DNA of 64,000 nucleotides from Phoronis australis (Eukaryota > Animalia > Phoronida), in contig NMRA01000037.1 in NCBI GenBank assembly GCA_002633005.1, positions 791,311 to 855,310 of the forward strand, in the 5' to 3' direction. A program made the position numbers and the translations under genes. The notes below the pieces were generated by a model. It was given only the letters and a program-made list of their open reading frames with translations. It ran no database searches and was not told the DNA's origin. Within the stretch, counting starts at the first letter, position 1. Each line of letters begins with the position of its first letter. Positions 12,088 through 24,100 of this stretch are shown here, piece after piece.

Positions 12088-15000
12088 CGACTCGATACTG
12101 ACGAGGTGGTACTCTGGATTAAAAGTCCTTCTTTTGGACGTTTGAACAGATTGAGAGCAGAAGGTAATCCTTCAGTATGAGGACGTTCGTGTGATAAGGG
12201 ACCCACGTGACTAGTCTGAATGCCGGCATTTCAATAATAATGTCCCTTGCTTCACTTACGACACCTAGTGAATTTCGAGTTCCTCATTGTTGATTTCCCC
12301 CTTGATAACCACATGTTCATTCACAAATGCAAAAAATTGCCTTTAATCCATCGCAGAGAACATCGTTAAGTTCATTACTTCCTGTTATGGAACTTGTCTC
12401 AAATTGTTCCGGTGACTTCAGAGCTTCAAATCAGCTGACAGTTCGTTATTGCTTCAGACAAGGCTTTATAAGATGGCTCGTCATGACACGTCATTTTGTA
12501 CGCCAAATATGGTCTTGACGAATAACGTATTGTTACAAATACTACCCAAAATTCACTTCTCATCTCAGCGAGAAAAAGTTGAGACCAATTTTACAGCGGT
12601 AAATGGTCTAAATAAAAATTCGTTTCTTGGACAGAACGTGAGTTTATAGGAGCTTAAAAGGTGCCATCAAATACTCCTCTTACTAGAAGTTAATTGTTTA
12701 TCTTCTCTGTCCTGGTTGGAAAGTGAGATGAGAAAAAGCAAATGAAAACTTAGAAAAGTATTGCGAGTTGTGGTCGTTATAACGTTAAGATAAGCAAAGA
12801 TTCCTTCATCATTTGCGTGTTTTGCTTTCATATTGTTTACTGTTTTGTAAAGGGGTAATTTCGTGTTTAGTCACAAGGTCAATCGGTTAGTACGCGGTAT
12901 TTCTTTTACTGTAGTTGCACAAAATGTATTTTACTCATCGCTTGGAAAGTCATCGTGTTTCAAACCTTCTTAACTATTTTTTAAATACCTTTGTGCAGTC
13001 CTTCAAAAAAAAAACAACAAAAACACGGGTCAATTTATGCGTGCGTGCCCAAGTCTGAAAATTGGGGTGAAGACTCGTTTATGAACGAGACCAAAGACAT
13101 AAGACAAAGATTTGGCCCGACGTTCCCACTTCGCAATAAAGGAATAAAGGCTTAGCCACGAAGTTGTAAGCTTATCACAGTCTAGAAATAACTTACAAAA
13201 ATTATCTCAGTAGCTAGCATTTTTGTGTATATTCTCAGAGATGTTGCATTTCTGCTCAAGTGATATTTAATTATTTTTCAGAAATGATTATGTGGAGCGT
13301 AAGAACAAATGTCTTACGTCACTTTTCATGAAACAGACCCCGGAACAATGTATGCTTTTTGACCAAACACGTTTTTAGATATGGCTGCTTTCGGTTGTGC
13401 TTTTACCACCAAGTCAAAGTCTATAGTGGACGTCACAAGTCTCTGTGTCATCCAGTTACTCCTTAGACCGATATCTTTAAAAATGAAAAACTAGGATTTT
13501 ATTTCCCATGGTTCTATGGTTGCTCAGTCCAATGCACTGACCAATACGTAGCCAATTTCGTTAAGGTCAGTCAAAGGCACGAGATGCGCTTTCCCTTGAT
13601 ATTTTTGAACGTGACGATTGCTAAAGAACTTTGGCAGCTGAATCGACAAACGAACATGTTTTGTTTCCCGGGGCAGTTCGTTTGTTACACCTTGCCACTC
13701 CATCGCTCCGTACAGCAGGGAGTGAGCTTACGCGTGCTAACTGTTTATCTTAGCTCGGCCTCAGCTGTTGAAAGTGTTGGGTGTATTTTTATGCTATCCA
13801 TCACGGAAAAAACAATAAAAGGTGCGATACCACAAAAATGTATGCTTTATTTTTGGTATTGCCGTCGAGTTTGTGTTCATATCGATTGTTGTCCTAGAAA
13901 AGTTTTCTAATATCTTTTGAGTGCGTTTATGTGCCCCACTGAGTATAGCCTGCTGCGCTTAGTTAAAATGATTGCACTTACGTTTTTGAAAACCGCGCTT
14001 TGTATTTGTTTTTTATTCTTTCCACTCGCAAACTCAGTAATGGTTAGAAAAATGACGCATGCAGCCGACTATGTCAACCCGTTTGTTCACATGTGGAGAA
14101 AAAAACAGCTTACGCCACCCATTTGTCCTTTCTGTAACAAAGGCCCGCCTTTTTAGCTCATTTCTCTGTTCGCCGTTTTCCCCTCTAATTAAGCTACGCC
14201 ATCTAGTGTGCAATAGAGATAATAGAGACAGACTCCTAAAACCAATCGAAGAATCGGATGATTTATACGCGTAGCTGTGCGCTTAAACAGAACTCTAAAG
14301 ACTTTAAAATACAACTCGTGTGTTAACTATTCGTTTCGACGAGGATTTTTCATTCGATCGCGGTAGCAATTTTTCACCGTGGGAAGGTTCACTAATTAAC
14401 GAGAAATTAGCTCAGCAATTGTACGCTTAATTTAAGCTGGCCAGCCTACGATTTTACACCTGAGTTATTGGCAGACAAATGCCTTGATTAAGGCTGATTA
14501 AAACATTACGAACGATAACCAAATGTTGGGATGAAATTTAATGCGCAAAATGGGGAAATTAAATTCTGCAAGCCACGAGTGCACACACAAAAATCGCTGA
14601 AAAGAATTTCCGACTTGACGAACGAATTTACCTTGACTGAAAATCCAACATGCTGGGTTGCTAAACGAGTATGAAAATGTATATCAGTGGATTATAAAAA
14701 ATTCATGGAATATAAAAGATAAATTAAAATTAAACAGTTTTTAGACAAAGCTCTGAGATGTGACCGACGAATCCTGTTACGTAATATCACAGGACATGGA
14801 AAGAAGCAAAAGTACAATGAATACTCTGGTCACAACTGTGGTGGTAACGTTAATAAGACACTCTTTCGCCAGCTCTTACATTATACTGCCATGCAGAAAC
14901 GATTGATACGATAAACAGGCAACAATCTTAGCAAAACTGTTTAATTAACGTCATGGTAAATACAGAAAATTAGGGTAGGAATAGCAATATAAAAATAATT

Positions 15001-17501
15001 ATGATTTCTAGTATTTTTCATTATTTAAAAAGTGTATTATAATAAGCTTCCTCACTGAAAAAGGTAATCGTTCGCCATCACGAGTCCGTGTGAGTGAAAG
15101 AAAACGCAAGTTGAAGACAGATAGCACGGCCAAACGAGACTTCTTGAAAAACGTGGTTATATTTCAACAGGAATCGGTATGTGGAACGGGAAATGTTTAC
15201 AAATGTTCAAAAAACAAACGTTTAATACTCTTCTGACCCTGCCACGCACCGTACTACAGTTCATAAATTGTTTTCTCATCTGACACGGCAGTTCGGGCAA
15301 TAATCAGTGCCGACCACATCGTTGTCATCTTACAGAAGTGCTGAATGACTTTACCCAGATTACAGTATCCGAGTTGACCAACGGAAATTGAGGTGATCAT
15401 TTGATCGGGACCCAACAGCGAAAAGGTACACGAGAATACACAAATTGAAAATCTGCTATCTATCAAACTGGATGAAGTGGTCAGCGTGCAAGCTCTGAAT
15501 TTTATTTTCTGCTGTCAAAAAGGTGAACGAGAACGAAGACGCCGCGGAACCGAGCAAGACTTTTGTTTTACGAACACACAAATTTGTTTAGATCTCTCAA
15601 CGAAATCTTGTCGCAGATTGTACTGTATATATGTTATGCAAAACTGAAGAACGAAGTAATCTACCTAACAAGGCCTGTATTGAGCAATGACACCAAATTA
15701 GTCGGATGAATTTGAGAGGTCTTTAGTATCATTGAGTTAGGCACCCGCTGTTAGTTTGGGGCGCCTGACCACTTCAATTTACAATGTAATTTCGAGAAGA
15801 AAGACATCATTGAAATTGTATCAGTTTTAATTAATTTTCAAAATTGAATCGATTATTCAATACTATGTCTATACGCTGTTGTAACAATGCATGAAAACAG
15901 TAGGTTCGGGAACTAGAAACGATTCCAAGGCGAGTAACGCCTCAGATGTCCGGTAATTAGGAGTTAGGTCCCCACGAGTTTGATCATTGGATACGGAACA
16001 TTTTTGTAGGTGTGTGAAGTTTAGGAGCGTGCGGGTATGGACTTTTTACAGCTGGTTTGGCGTTTGTTGGCCCGGGGGACGGGGAGTTGGGGAATCATCG
16101 TGCTTGCACGAAGTTTTTTTGCTGCGCGTCTGGAGTTTAGGGGGCGCAGTTCTGGTAGTTGTACCTCGGGTTGTTTGATGGTCCGCTGGGCACGTACGGT
16201 TTAAGGAATCGTACTGGAGTTTTGGCACGGCCATGGACCTGATTCTATCTTGATGTAGTGACTTGTTTTAACAGTCACAAAACGGCGTTTGGTCAGAACT
16301 AAAGCCTTGGACTTTTTAAACGAGTGGTTTTATGCAGTTTGACGAAAAGTTGCGTAAAATATTTAAAGTTATATTAATTAAGTGAGATTTACGTAACATG
16401 ACTGTTAGCTTGGGACATCCCGATACACATTATATGACGACTAATGTTGCGATTTAGTTTTCCTATCCTCACAAAAATCGATTCGTGAAATAAAGCAAAT
16501 CAATTACACTTGTTTTTCATAGTTGTGCTGTGATCGGAATGGAGATCATAGGAGTTGTTTTTGGCATAAACCGCTTCATTCTTACTTTCCTTTGCAAAGT
16601 TGAATATGTCGCCATTTTCCCGCTCACTACAATCTTTTAAGCTATAAAATGCTGCGTGTTCAGATGTTGTGTTTTGTGGCTTAGGCTTTGACTTCAGTTG
16701 TTGCAGCTCATGACATGTAACACAGTGACATCTACAGGGAAGCCGTCGGAGTCAATCGTTTCAGCCAGTGCGGACTACAATTAGTGGAAAACGAGTCATT
16801 TACAGCTATGCCTCAAAATTAGATCAACTGTTTTAGATCCATAGAAAAGCAACAATGAAATCGTTTAACCGGGGATTTCCGATAAAGCTTAGACATTTTT
16901 GCATCTTTTCAGAAACAACGATTTCGTGAAGTTACTTGATGGTCTTTAATTGTTGATGCAACTAGATATTTTTGAAATGACCACACAGTGATGATTACTG
17001 TACATGGCCGTCGATTATTTTGTTGTGTGTAAAATATGTTCTTTTTATGCCAACACTTAGCTTTCACTGGACAGGATTTCGTGAAAATGTTCAACATATT
17101 GGGTATTCGCAATTTCGTTTTCAAATCGTAGATTGTAAAACTGAACCAAACAGCGAAACCATCACTTTGCAACTGCAGAACGCTGGCCACCGGCAAGAAA
17201 TACGAGAGTGCCATTCAACAAATTGAACTTCATGTGTAAAACTAAAACTTATGCACAAACCGACATAATGAAAAATGGTAATGACAAACATTTTTCGTTG
17301 AATGCTTTTTCAACATCCCCATTTCATGAAAAAGCGTCCCGGTTGCTCAATCAGAAATCCCCGATAGTTGTGCAAAGCTATAGTGGTGTCCGAGTCGAAA
17401 CACCAGTGCTGTCTTCCAAGAGTTCAATTCCTCAAAAACCACTTTGTGCAAAATGTCGCCCCACGAGACAGGGTCCAACCAAAAATTCGCTGAAAGAAAA
17501 C

Positions 17502-17708
17502 TACACTGCGGGTACCTGACCATGCACGTTCTTAAGTACACTGCGGGTCCCTTACCATGCACGTTCTAAAGTACACTGCGGGTACCTGACCATGCACGTT
17601 CTAAGTACACTACAGATACCTGACCATGCACGTTCTAAGTACACTGCGGGTACCTGACCAAGCACGTTCTAAAGTACACTGCGGGTATCTGACCATGCAC
17701 GTTCTAAG
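17502..17708. repeat. Minisatellite, 6 units of 34-35 bp (tacactgcgggtacctgaccatgcacgttctaag)
   Basis: Units start at 17502, 17537, 17572, 17606, 17640 and 17675, head to tail with no spacers. Two more units at ~18039-18107 belong to the gap-flanking duplicate. Confidence 0.95.
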
Positions 17709-18430
17709 AGCAATCACCGTTTCGAAATCGCGTACAGTAGTTCTGCGCTTCATGAATCTTGCAGTAAGCGCGAGCATTTCCGAGCACTGAAAGATGCGAA
17801 GGTTGGGATATGGAAGAACCAAATGAAAAGAAACGTTGACGTATTTCCTCTCCTCAATGAGAACACAAAGTGAAGATAAAATATTGACTGAGAAACAACG
17901 TGAGTAGCCGACCAATCAATGGACGCAGGAAAAACAAGGCTCAAATTCTTCCTTCTGAAAGTGTTTTGGTAAATTAAATTATACTAAAACAACGATCCCA
18001 AAGAAAACATCAGACAAGAAAAGATAATAAGTATATTNTACACTGCGGGAACCTGACCATGCACGTTCTAAAGTACACTGCGGGTACCTGACCATGCACG
18101 TTCTAAGAGCAATCACCGTTTCGAAATCGCGTACAGTAGTTCTGCGTTTCATGAATCTTGCAGTAAGCGCGAGCATTTACTGAAAGATGCGAAGGTTGGG
18201 ATATGGAAGAACCAAATGAAAAGAAACGTTGACGTATTTCCTCTCCTCAATGAGAACACAAAGTGAAGATAAAATATTGACTGAGAAACAACGTGAGTAG
18301 CCGACCAATCAATGGACGCAGGAAAAACAAGGCTCAAATTCTTCCTTCTGAAAGTGTTTTGGTAAATTAAATTATACTAAAACAACGATCCCAAAGAAAA
18401 CATCAGACAAGAAAAGATAATAAGTATATT
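17640..18430. repeat. Tandem near-identical ~395-bp duplication around the N at 18038 (probable assembly artefact)
   Basis: 17640-18037 is repeated at 18039-18430 with a few substitutions and a small indel; the junction is a single N. Confidence 0.85.
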
Positions 18431-20365
18431 TTTCAAAATACATGCCACAATGAGCAACTAACATACCTGCATTATACAAACACACTTAATGAGATAAAAT
18501 GCCAATATATGAAACATAAACGAAAGGAATGTAACTTTTTCAAAATATGGTAAAGTACAAATACGCAACTAAATATGTTCTACGTATAATATGCAATAAA
18601 TGGACGGTTTAGGTAGTTAAAATATTACAAAACTAGAACATCTTTATGCTATGTATTAGTGAGTTAAACTTTTAAATACAACAACATGGTACTGGAAAAC
18701 ACCAACTTAAAATTGGAATAACAAAAGTCCGTCAGGAACCGGAAACAGATGCCAAGCCCAATCACAGAACACACGGCTAAGACACCCGATTGGTTCTCGA
18801 AATCTCCAGCTTATAGACCAATCAGGTGTCTTAGCCAGTTGACGTCATGGAACTGCTAAGGCCAATCAAATGCAGCCAATCAGGGAGTGTTAAACATTCA
18901 AGTAAGATTGTTTTTTTTCCAAGAAGACACACACAGAGACAGCGAGGACCACCTCTACCTGTAGGAAGAACCAAGAGTGGCAGGGTAACTCCAAGGCCTT
19001 CCTGCAAGAGCTTTAAATGTGGTTAAGTATTTTAATGCCAAAAGGTGGCACCAACGCTCAACACAATGCAGAGTAGTAGATGAAAATCCACAAGACATAA
19101 AACCTACCCTAAAGAAATAAGTCAAAATGGGGCAAAATCAAAGCAAAACCAGAATGTAGATTCAAATAAACCCTAACTTAAGTTCTAATATTAAAGATAT
19201 ACCCATGTGCAACTCGATCAGTACTGGTTGTACCCAACAGGAAATCACAGAAATTTTAGAATATCAACTGAAATTTGACAAGTTATATGGCACACAAAAT
19301 GAATCATTCTAATAATTCAGAACACTTAAAACATTACAATGCATACAATCTATGCTAAGGCACAATAACATTCTCAATACCTGAGAATGATAAAGCTACA
19401 AAATCAACATCGGACTGAGCACAAGTCCTCAACACTAATACCTGATATAAAATGATTTCACCATTTTACCATGTGTGTAAATTTACAGCAACCATTTTAC
19501 CCTAACTTCCATAATTAATCCCATTTTCAGAGCTACAGAGCGGATTATTTCATTTTCGTAAATTATGATAATTCTGGGTCCCATTTCCAATAAATCTCCA
19601 CCATTTTGTATGATCTCAATTTGAGATTTTCTGTGTTAGTAAAAACATTGATTTTCCAAATTCATCACCAGTTCTGACAACCACTGCTTTGCAAGTTACA
19701 TTTTTCAGTGTCTATGGGGTAAAGCTGGAATGTCGAGATCCTAATTTTAAAGCTTAAAAACCCGGTAGTATTCTACATTTAACAGCTTTTAATACGAGGT
19801 ACACTTGCGTTCATACAAATTAAAGTTTCGTGAAAGCTTTCTTGGAATGTCAAACAATAATACAACAAGTCCTGAAAGAATCCAAAGTTAATGCACAATA
19901 GACTTGATTTAGCAACTCTGTAGGGAAACACACAGCATATATCTTCCTATCACACACAAATAATTGTCATCTCTATACAAACTTTCAAACGTTTAAAACA
20001 TACTTGACCACAGACTCTATAATAATCCCATCAGTGTTAGCAGATCTTAGCAGAAAAACATCATGACATGAAATGACGAATACTTGGACTCACAAAAAAT
20101 TCTTGATAAATAATACATAAATATCCTCTTTTAGGCACAAGACAAACAGAGCTTAGAATTCTCTAAGTAAAAGGTCTATAAACATTGTAGTTTAAAACAG
20201 TTGTAAAATGTACAAAATTAATGTAGACACATTAAAAAATTTACAGCATATCTTGGTAGAAACCACGCACCTTCAAGGAAAGTTTAACGCATAGTTTAAT
20301 TGCTGAGAGAAAACAGCACTCAAACATGAGTTTATAAAAAATGACCTTTTGGAGACAAATTATTA

Positions 20366-20530
20366 CTGTATCGTCGCGCCAGTAGGCCCATGGGCGTCTG
20401 TGCAGAACTGTGCTTTAATTTAATACTTAGGCACATGCATCAATGTGCAAACCACTTGGGTAAAAGGAGGCCAAGAAAAAAGGCACTATTTCAAATATAA
20501 GCCCATGGGCCTAAAAGCGCGGCCATACGG
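20366..20530. mobile_element. Tc1/mariner-pogo-type MITE in the presumptive 3' UTR of the Ig receptor gene
   Basis: TA|ctgtatcgtcgcgccagtaggcccatgggc ... gcccatgggcctaaaagcgcggccatacgg|TA: imperfect ~30-bp TIRs with TA on both sides. Confidence 0.7.
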
Positions 20531-20674
20531 TAAACAATTTTCAATGACATTGCAGGGAAACGACAGATAAAAAAGTCATAACTAAGATGTGTTGGTATGC
20601 AGCGAAGAGCTGCTACCGAATGACGCCTCAAACAAACACATTAGTAACAAGAATAACCACCAACAATCTGTGTT

Positions 20675-20815
20675 ACAGGGATTCAACAAGCCAGGCTCAG
20701 TTCTAGTACTGCCTTCCACCACAAGATGTCACCAGCATACTGCACAGGGATTCAACATGGCAAGCACAGCCCTAGTACTGTCTTTCCCCACAAGGCGTCG
20801 CCAGCATTCTATACA
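20675..20815. repeat. Two diverged ~70-bp direct repeats just 3' of the receptor stop codon
   Basis: acagggattcaaca...ctagtactg...ccacaag...ccagcat occurs twice in tandem. Confidence 0.75.
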
Positions 20816-20824
20816 ATCCCTTCT

Positions 20825-21119
20825 CTAGTAACTCAGTGCATTTTTCTGTTCAGTTTCACTGTCATTCTCCCAATCATAATCATCATCAGTCGAGTCCTCC
20901 ATGTGCACTGGCTGACCCCTGCCAATACTGTTGGACCGTACCACTGGGTCACTGCGAATAGGGGTGTCATAAAGAGAAGCGTCCATGATATTAGCAAGAC
21001 TGCTACTGTTTTCAGGCAATGAGGTATCGATGGAGTCACGGCTAAGATTGGACTGCATGGTGTTATGTTGGTCATCTTCTGGAAGGTACATGGGGTTGTC
21101 CACTTGGTACACACTCGGT
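20825..21119 (-). CDS. Ig receptor exon 28 (last coding exon)
   Basis: ctttcag|A then PSVYQVDNPMYLPED...SLYDTPIRS...DDDYDWENDSETEQKNALSY*; phase 2 start. Confidence 0.85.
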
Positions 21120-24100
21120 CTGAAAGAATGTAATTGAAGATTTTCTTAATTTTATTTCCAAATGGTTCAATTCCTTACAACTCTGAATTCATTACAACTT
21201 TGGTTAATGTAACTGTGAACCTTGTTTAACAGGTTGTACTTAATGCGCAAGTATCTTAATTCTCTTTGCTCTAACCCCTTCAAAGTATATTTTCTGAAAG
21301 GTCAATAAATTTCCTAACAAAATTTATTATTCTTATCTACTTGTCTTTAATTTTTTACAAGGTATGCGTTTTTTAGTAATTTTTTTTTGACTTTGAACAG
21401 AGATTTCAAAGATATTGTTCCTCCTATCAATGGTCTTTTGTCAACGTGTTGATACCGGCATTTTCGAGGGAACCGTGTCTCAGATTTTTGAAATAGGTCT
21501 TAGTTTTTTAATGGTAGACTTTTTAGAACATTTTGAGCAAAAACAATTGTAAAAGCTTGATTTTTAAAGGCTTTGTTCCAAAAAACCAGGTCCTATTTCA
21601 AAAATCTCAGACACGGTTCCCTTGAAAACGCTAACAAAAGACCAATATGATTGGAGGAACAATATTTTTAAAATCTTTGTTCAAAGTCAAAAAACGCATA
21701 TCTCATGAAAAATTAGAGACAAGTAAAATAAAATGATAAATTTCGAATAAGAAATTCATTCACCTTTCAGAAAGTATATATCTTGTAAGAGTTAAAACTA
21801 ACAGAATTAAAGATATTAATGCACATAAGTACAGCCTGGTAAACAAGGTTCACAGTTATGTTAATTAAGTCAAGTTTCACAAAATTAATGATTTCTTAGA
21901 GACATGAAGACTGGGGAACTACACTATCATTAACGTTTTGTAGAATCCTAGAAAAAGTTCTAATTTGGTTAACTCCACAACATCGTATCTCAAAAATGGC
22001 TGATTAGATTTGTATGAAACTTTCAACTACCATTCTTTATGGAATGTTCTCCAAAATGGTGTACCGAGCTCTTTGTAAAATGTTTCATTTATGCCTGAGG
22101 GGTTATCAAAATAGGATTCTTATGATGTTCGTGAAAAAAATATTAAGACAGGTAAAAAGGAAACAAAACATTTTACAAAACCATCGCAACAGTTTTGAGA
22201 ACTCGTGTTTAACATTTATGTTAAACAAAAATTGATCATGATATTGATACTGTTGTTTTGCTCCCGAAGTAACTTACCTTTTTCGCTAAATTTTACTAAA
22301 AAAGACATAGTCACACGATCCAATCAATAGCAGACTGGTAAAAAGTCAAAAATCAAATTCCACAGGAAATGTATACATTGTCCGAGTTAAAACCTTATAG
22401 CTTTGTAGATACTTGGCTAAGTATGCAAACTCCTCAATTTCGTCCTACATAAATATAAACCAATTTTGAAAGGTGACATGTTTAGAATTTCTTTAAATAT
22501 TTGTCACAAAACGTGAACGCACACATAAAACCACAAGAGCCTGCTTTACACACAGTAAACCCCCACCGCCAACCTCCACCAAAACCACGCACATCTAGCA
22601 AAGCCTGCAGTGCTAAGCATAGGACACAACAGGAAGTACAGAAGGCAGACGTCAAAACTACTCTGTACCAAAACATCGTCTGCTACTGTACAAGCACATC
22701 ATCTGCTTCTCAAACAGGAAAGATAACTAGGTTTCATTTATGGTACCCACTGGGCCACTGATGCATTGGAATTCTTGTTCATGCATTACGCTGACTATGC
22801 ACTGCATAAAATGCATTTAAACTGGCTCACATGTTTCAGGCTGCATGAGTATCTTGACAAATAGTACAGTAAATTTCCTCAAAATTGGAACAAAAATAAT
22901 GGCAAAAATGTTCATTTTTTTCATTTTTCATACCATCGCTGTACCGCCAAAATGTTTGAAATTTAACTGTGTGCTTGTTGATGGCAGTCGAACTACATAA
23001 TTTTCATATAGTCAAGTAAAAATTGTCTCTTTGTTTACTCTTGTTAAAAATTTTGATAAAACAAAATTTTACTGTTCCACCATATTGGGCTCTAATTTGA
23101 AGACACTGTACCATATTTTTCTGTAAAACAAACCCTGCAGCGCATATTCATTGGACGATGTTATAATGCTCGCTAGCAGTTTTATGTTTATGTCAAGAAA
23201 TTAACAAAGGATTGTCTTGAAACCTTCAGGTTCCGAATAGACCAAGATTAATTGATTACTTAGGGGGAATTTCTCTGCAGCAATCCAGAATAATCACAAG
23301 ATAGCGCTACCAACAGCTCCATAACACCAATTCAAAATGCTGAGCAGGGTCACATTCCGTAGACCTAGTTGCTAGCAAGCAAAGCGAGATCACATGAGCG
23401 TTTGTGAGGTACTGCCATGCATTACGAGCAAAGTATGCAATCATACTATCTCTCCAAGAGAATTGTTAATTACATCAAGAGTTTGGTCATAGTAGGATTA
23501 AAAAAAGGCAAATGAACATGAACTTTTTTAATTGTGCGGCGATTGTCCATTTTTTAACTCTCCAAGAGAGCGTCTTGGGTCTACGAAACTCAGCATGGGG
23601 CACGTTTTAACTCGCAAGTATATAATGCATAAGAGGGAGTGGTAAAATATCAAGAACGTACTTGACAAAAATTATTGCCAAAGACGTCTGCTCTTTATTT
23701 TCAAGGTCACCTTCAAGGGAATGTTACCTTTTCTTAACACCTTTCCATTTCGCATATTTCACCTACTATAAAGGTGTGTTTAACCTTTCCTATTGATTTC
23801 TGACTATAAAAACCAAGACAATAAGAATGGCAGAAAAATGATGAAATTTAATTCCACTTGTCCACAACATTTTGTCTTCAACTAGTGAGAATCTATTATA
23901 TTGCATTTAAAGTGGAACTACAGTACTCTTGACATACTTTCAAAGAAAAAATGGCATGCAACCCTTGGCCTGAGATGAGCAGACGCACGTCTGGCAAAAT
24001 ATTGTGCAAGTGGAGCCCTCTACAGTCATAACGATTAAACCACTGAGATGCATTCCGTGTAACACCCTCAGCTTTATAGAGAATACTGAACAGTGAACAC

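Noticed and set aside
17502-18107. 34-35 bp repeats resembling a CRISPR array
   Set aside because: Units are head to tail with no unique spacers, there are no cas genes, and the context is eukaryotic; it is a minisatellite.
22865-23110. TA-flanked Tc1/mariner MITE (tacagt...actgta)
   Set aside because: TIR similarity beyond the first few bases is too weak to call without a consensus.
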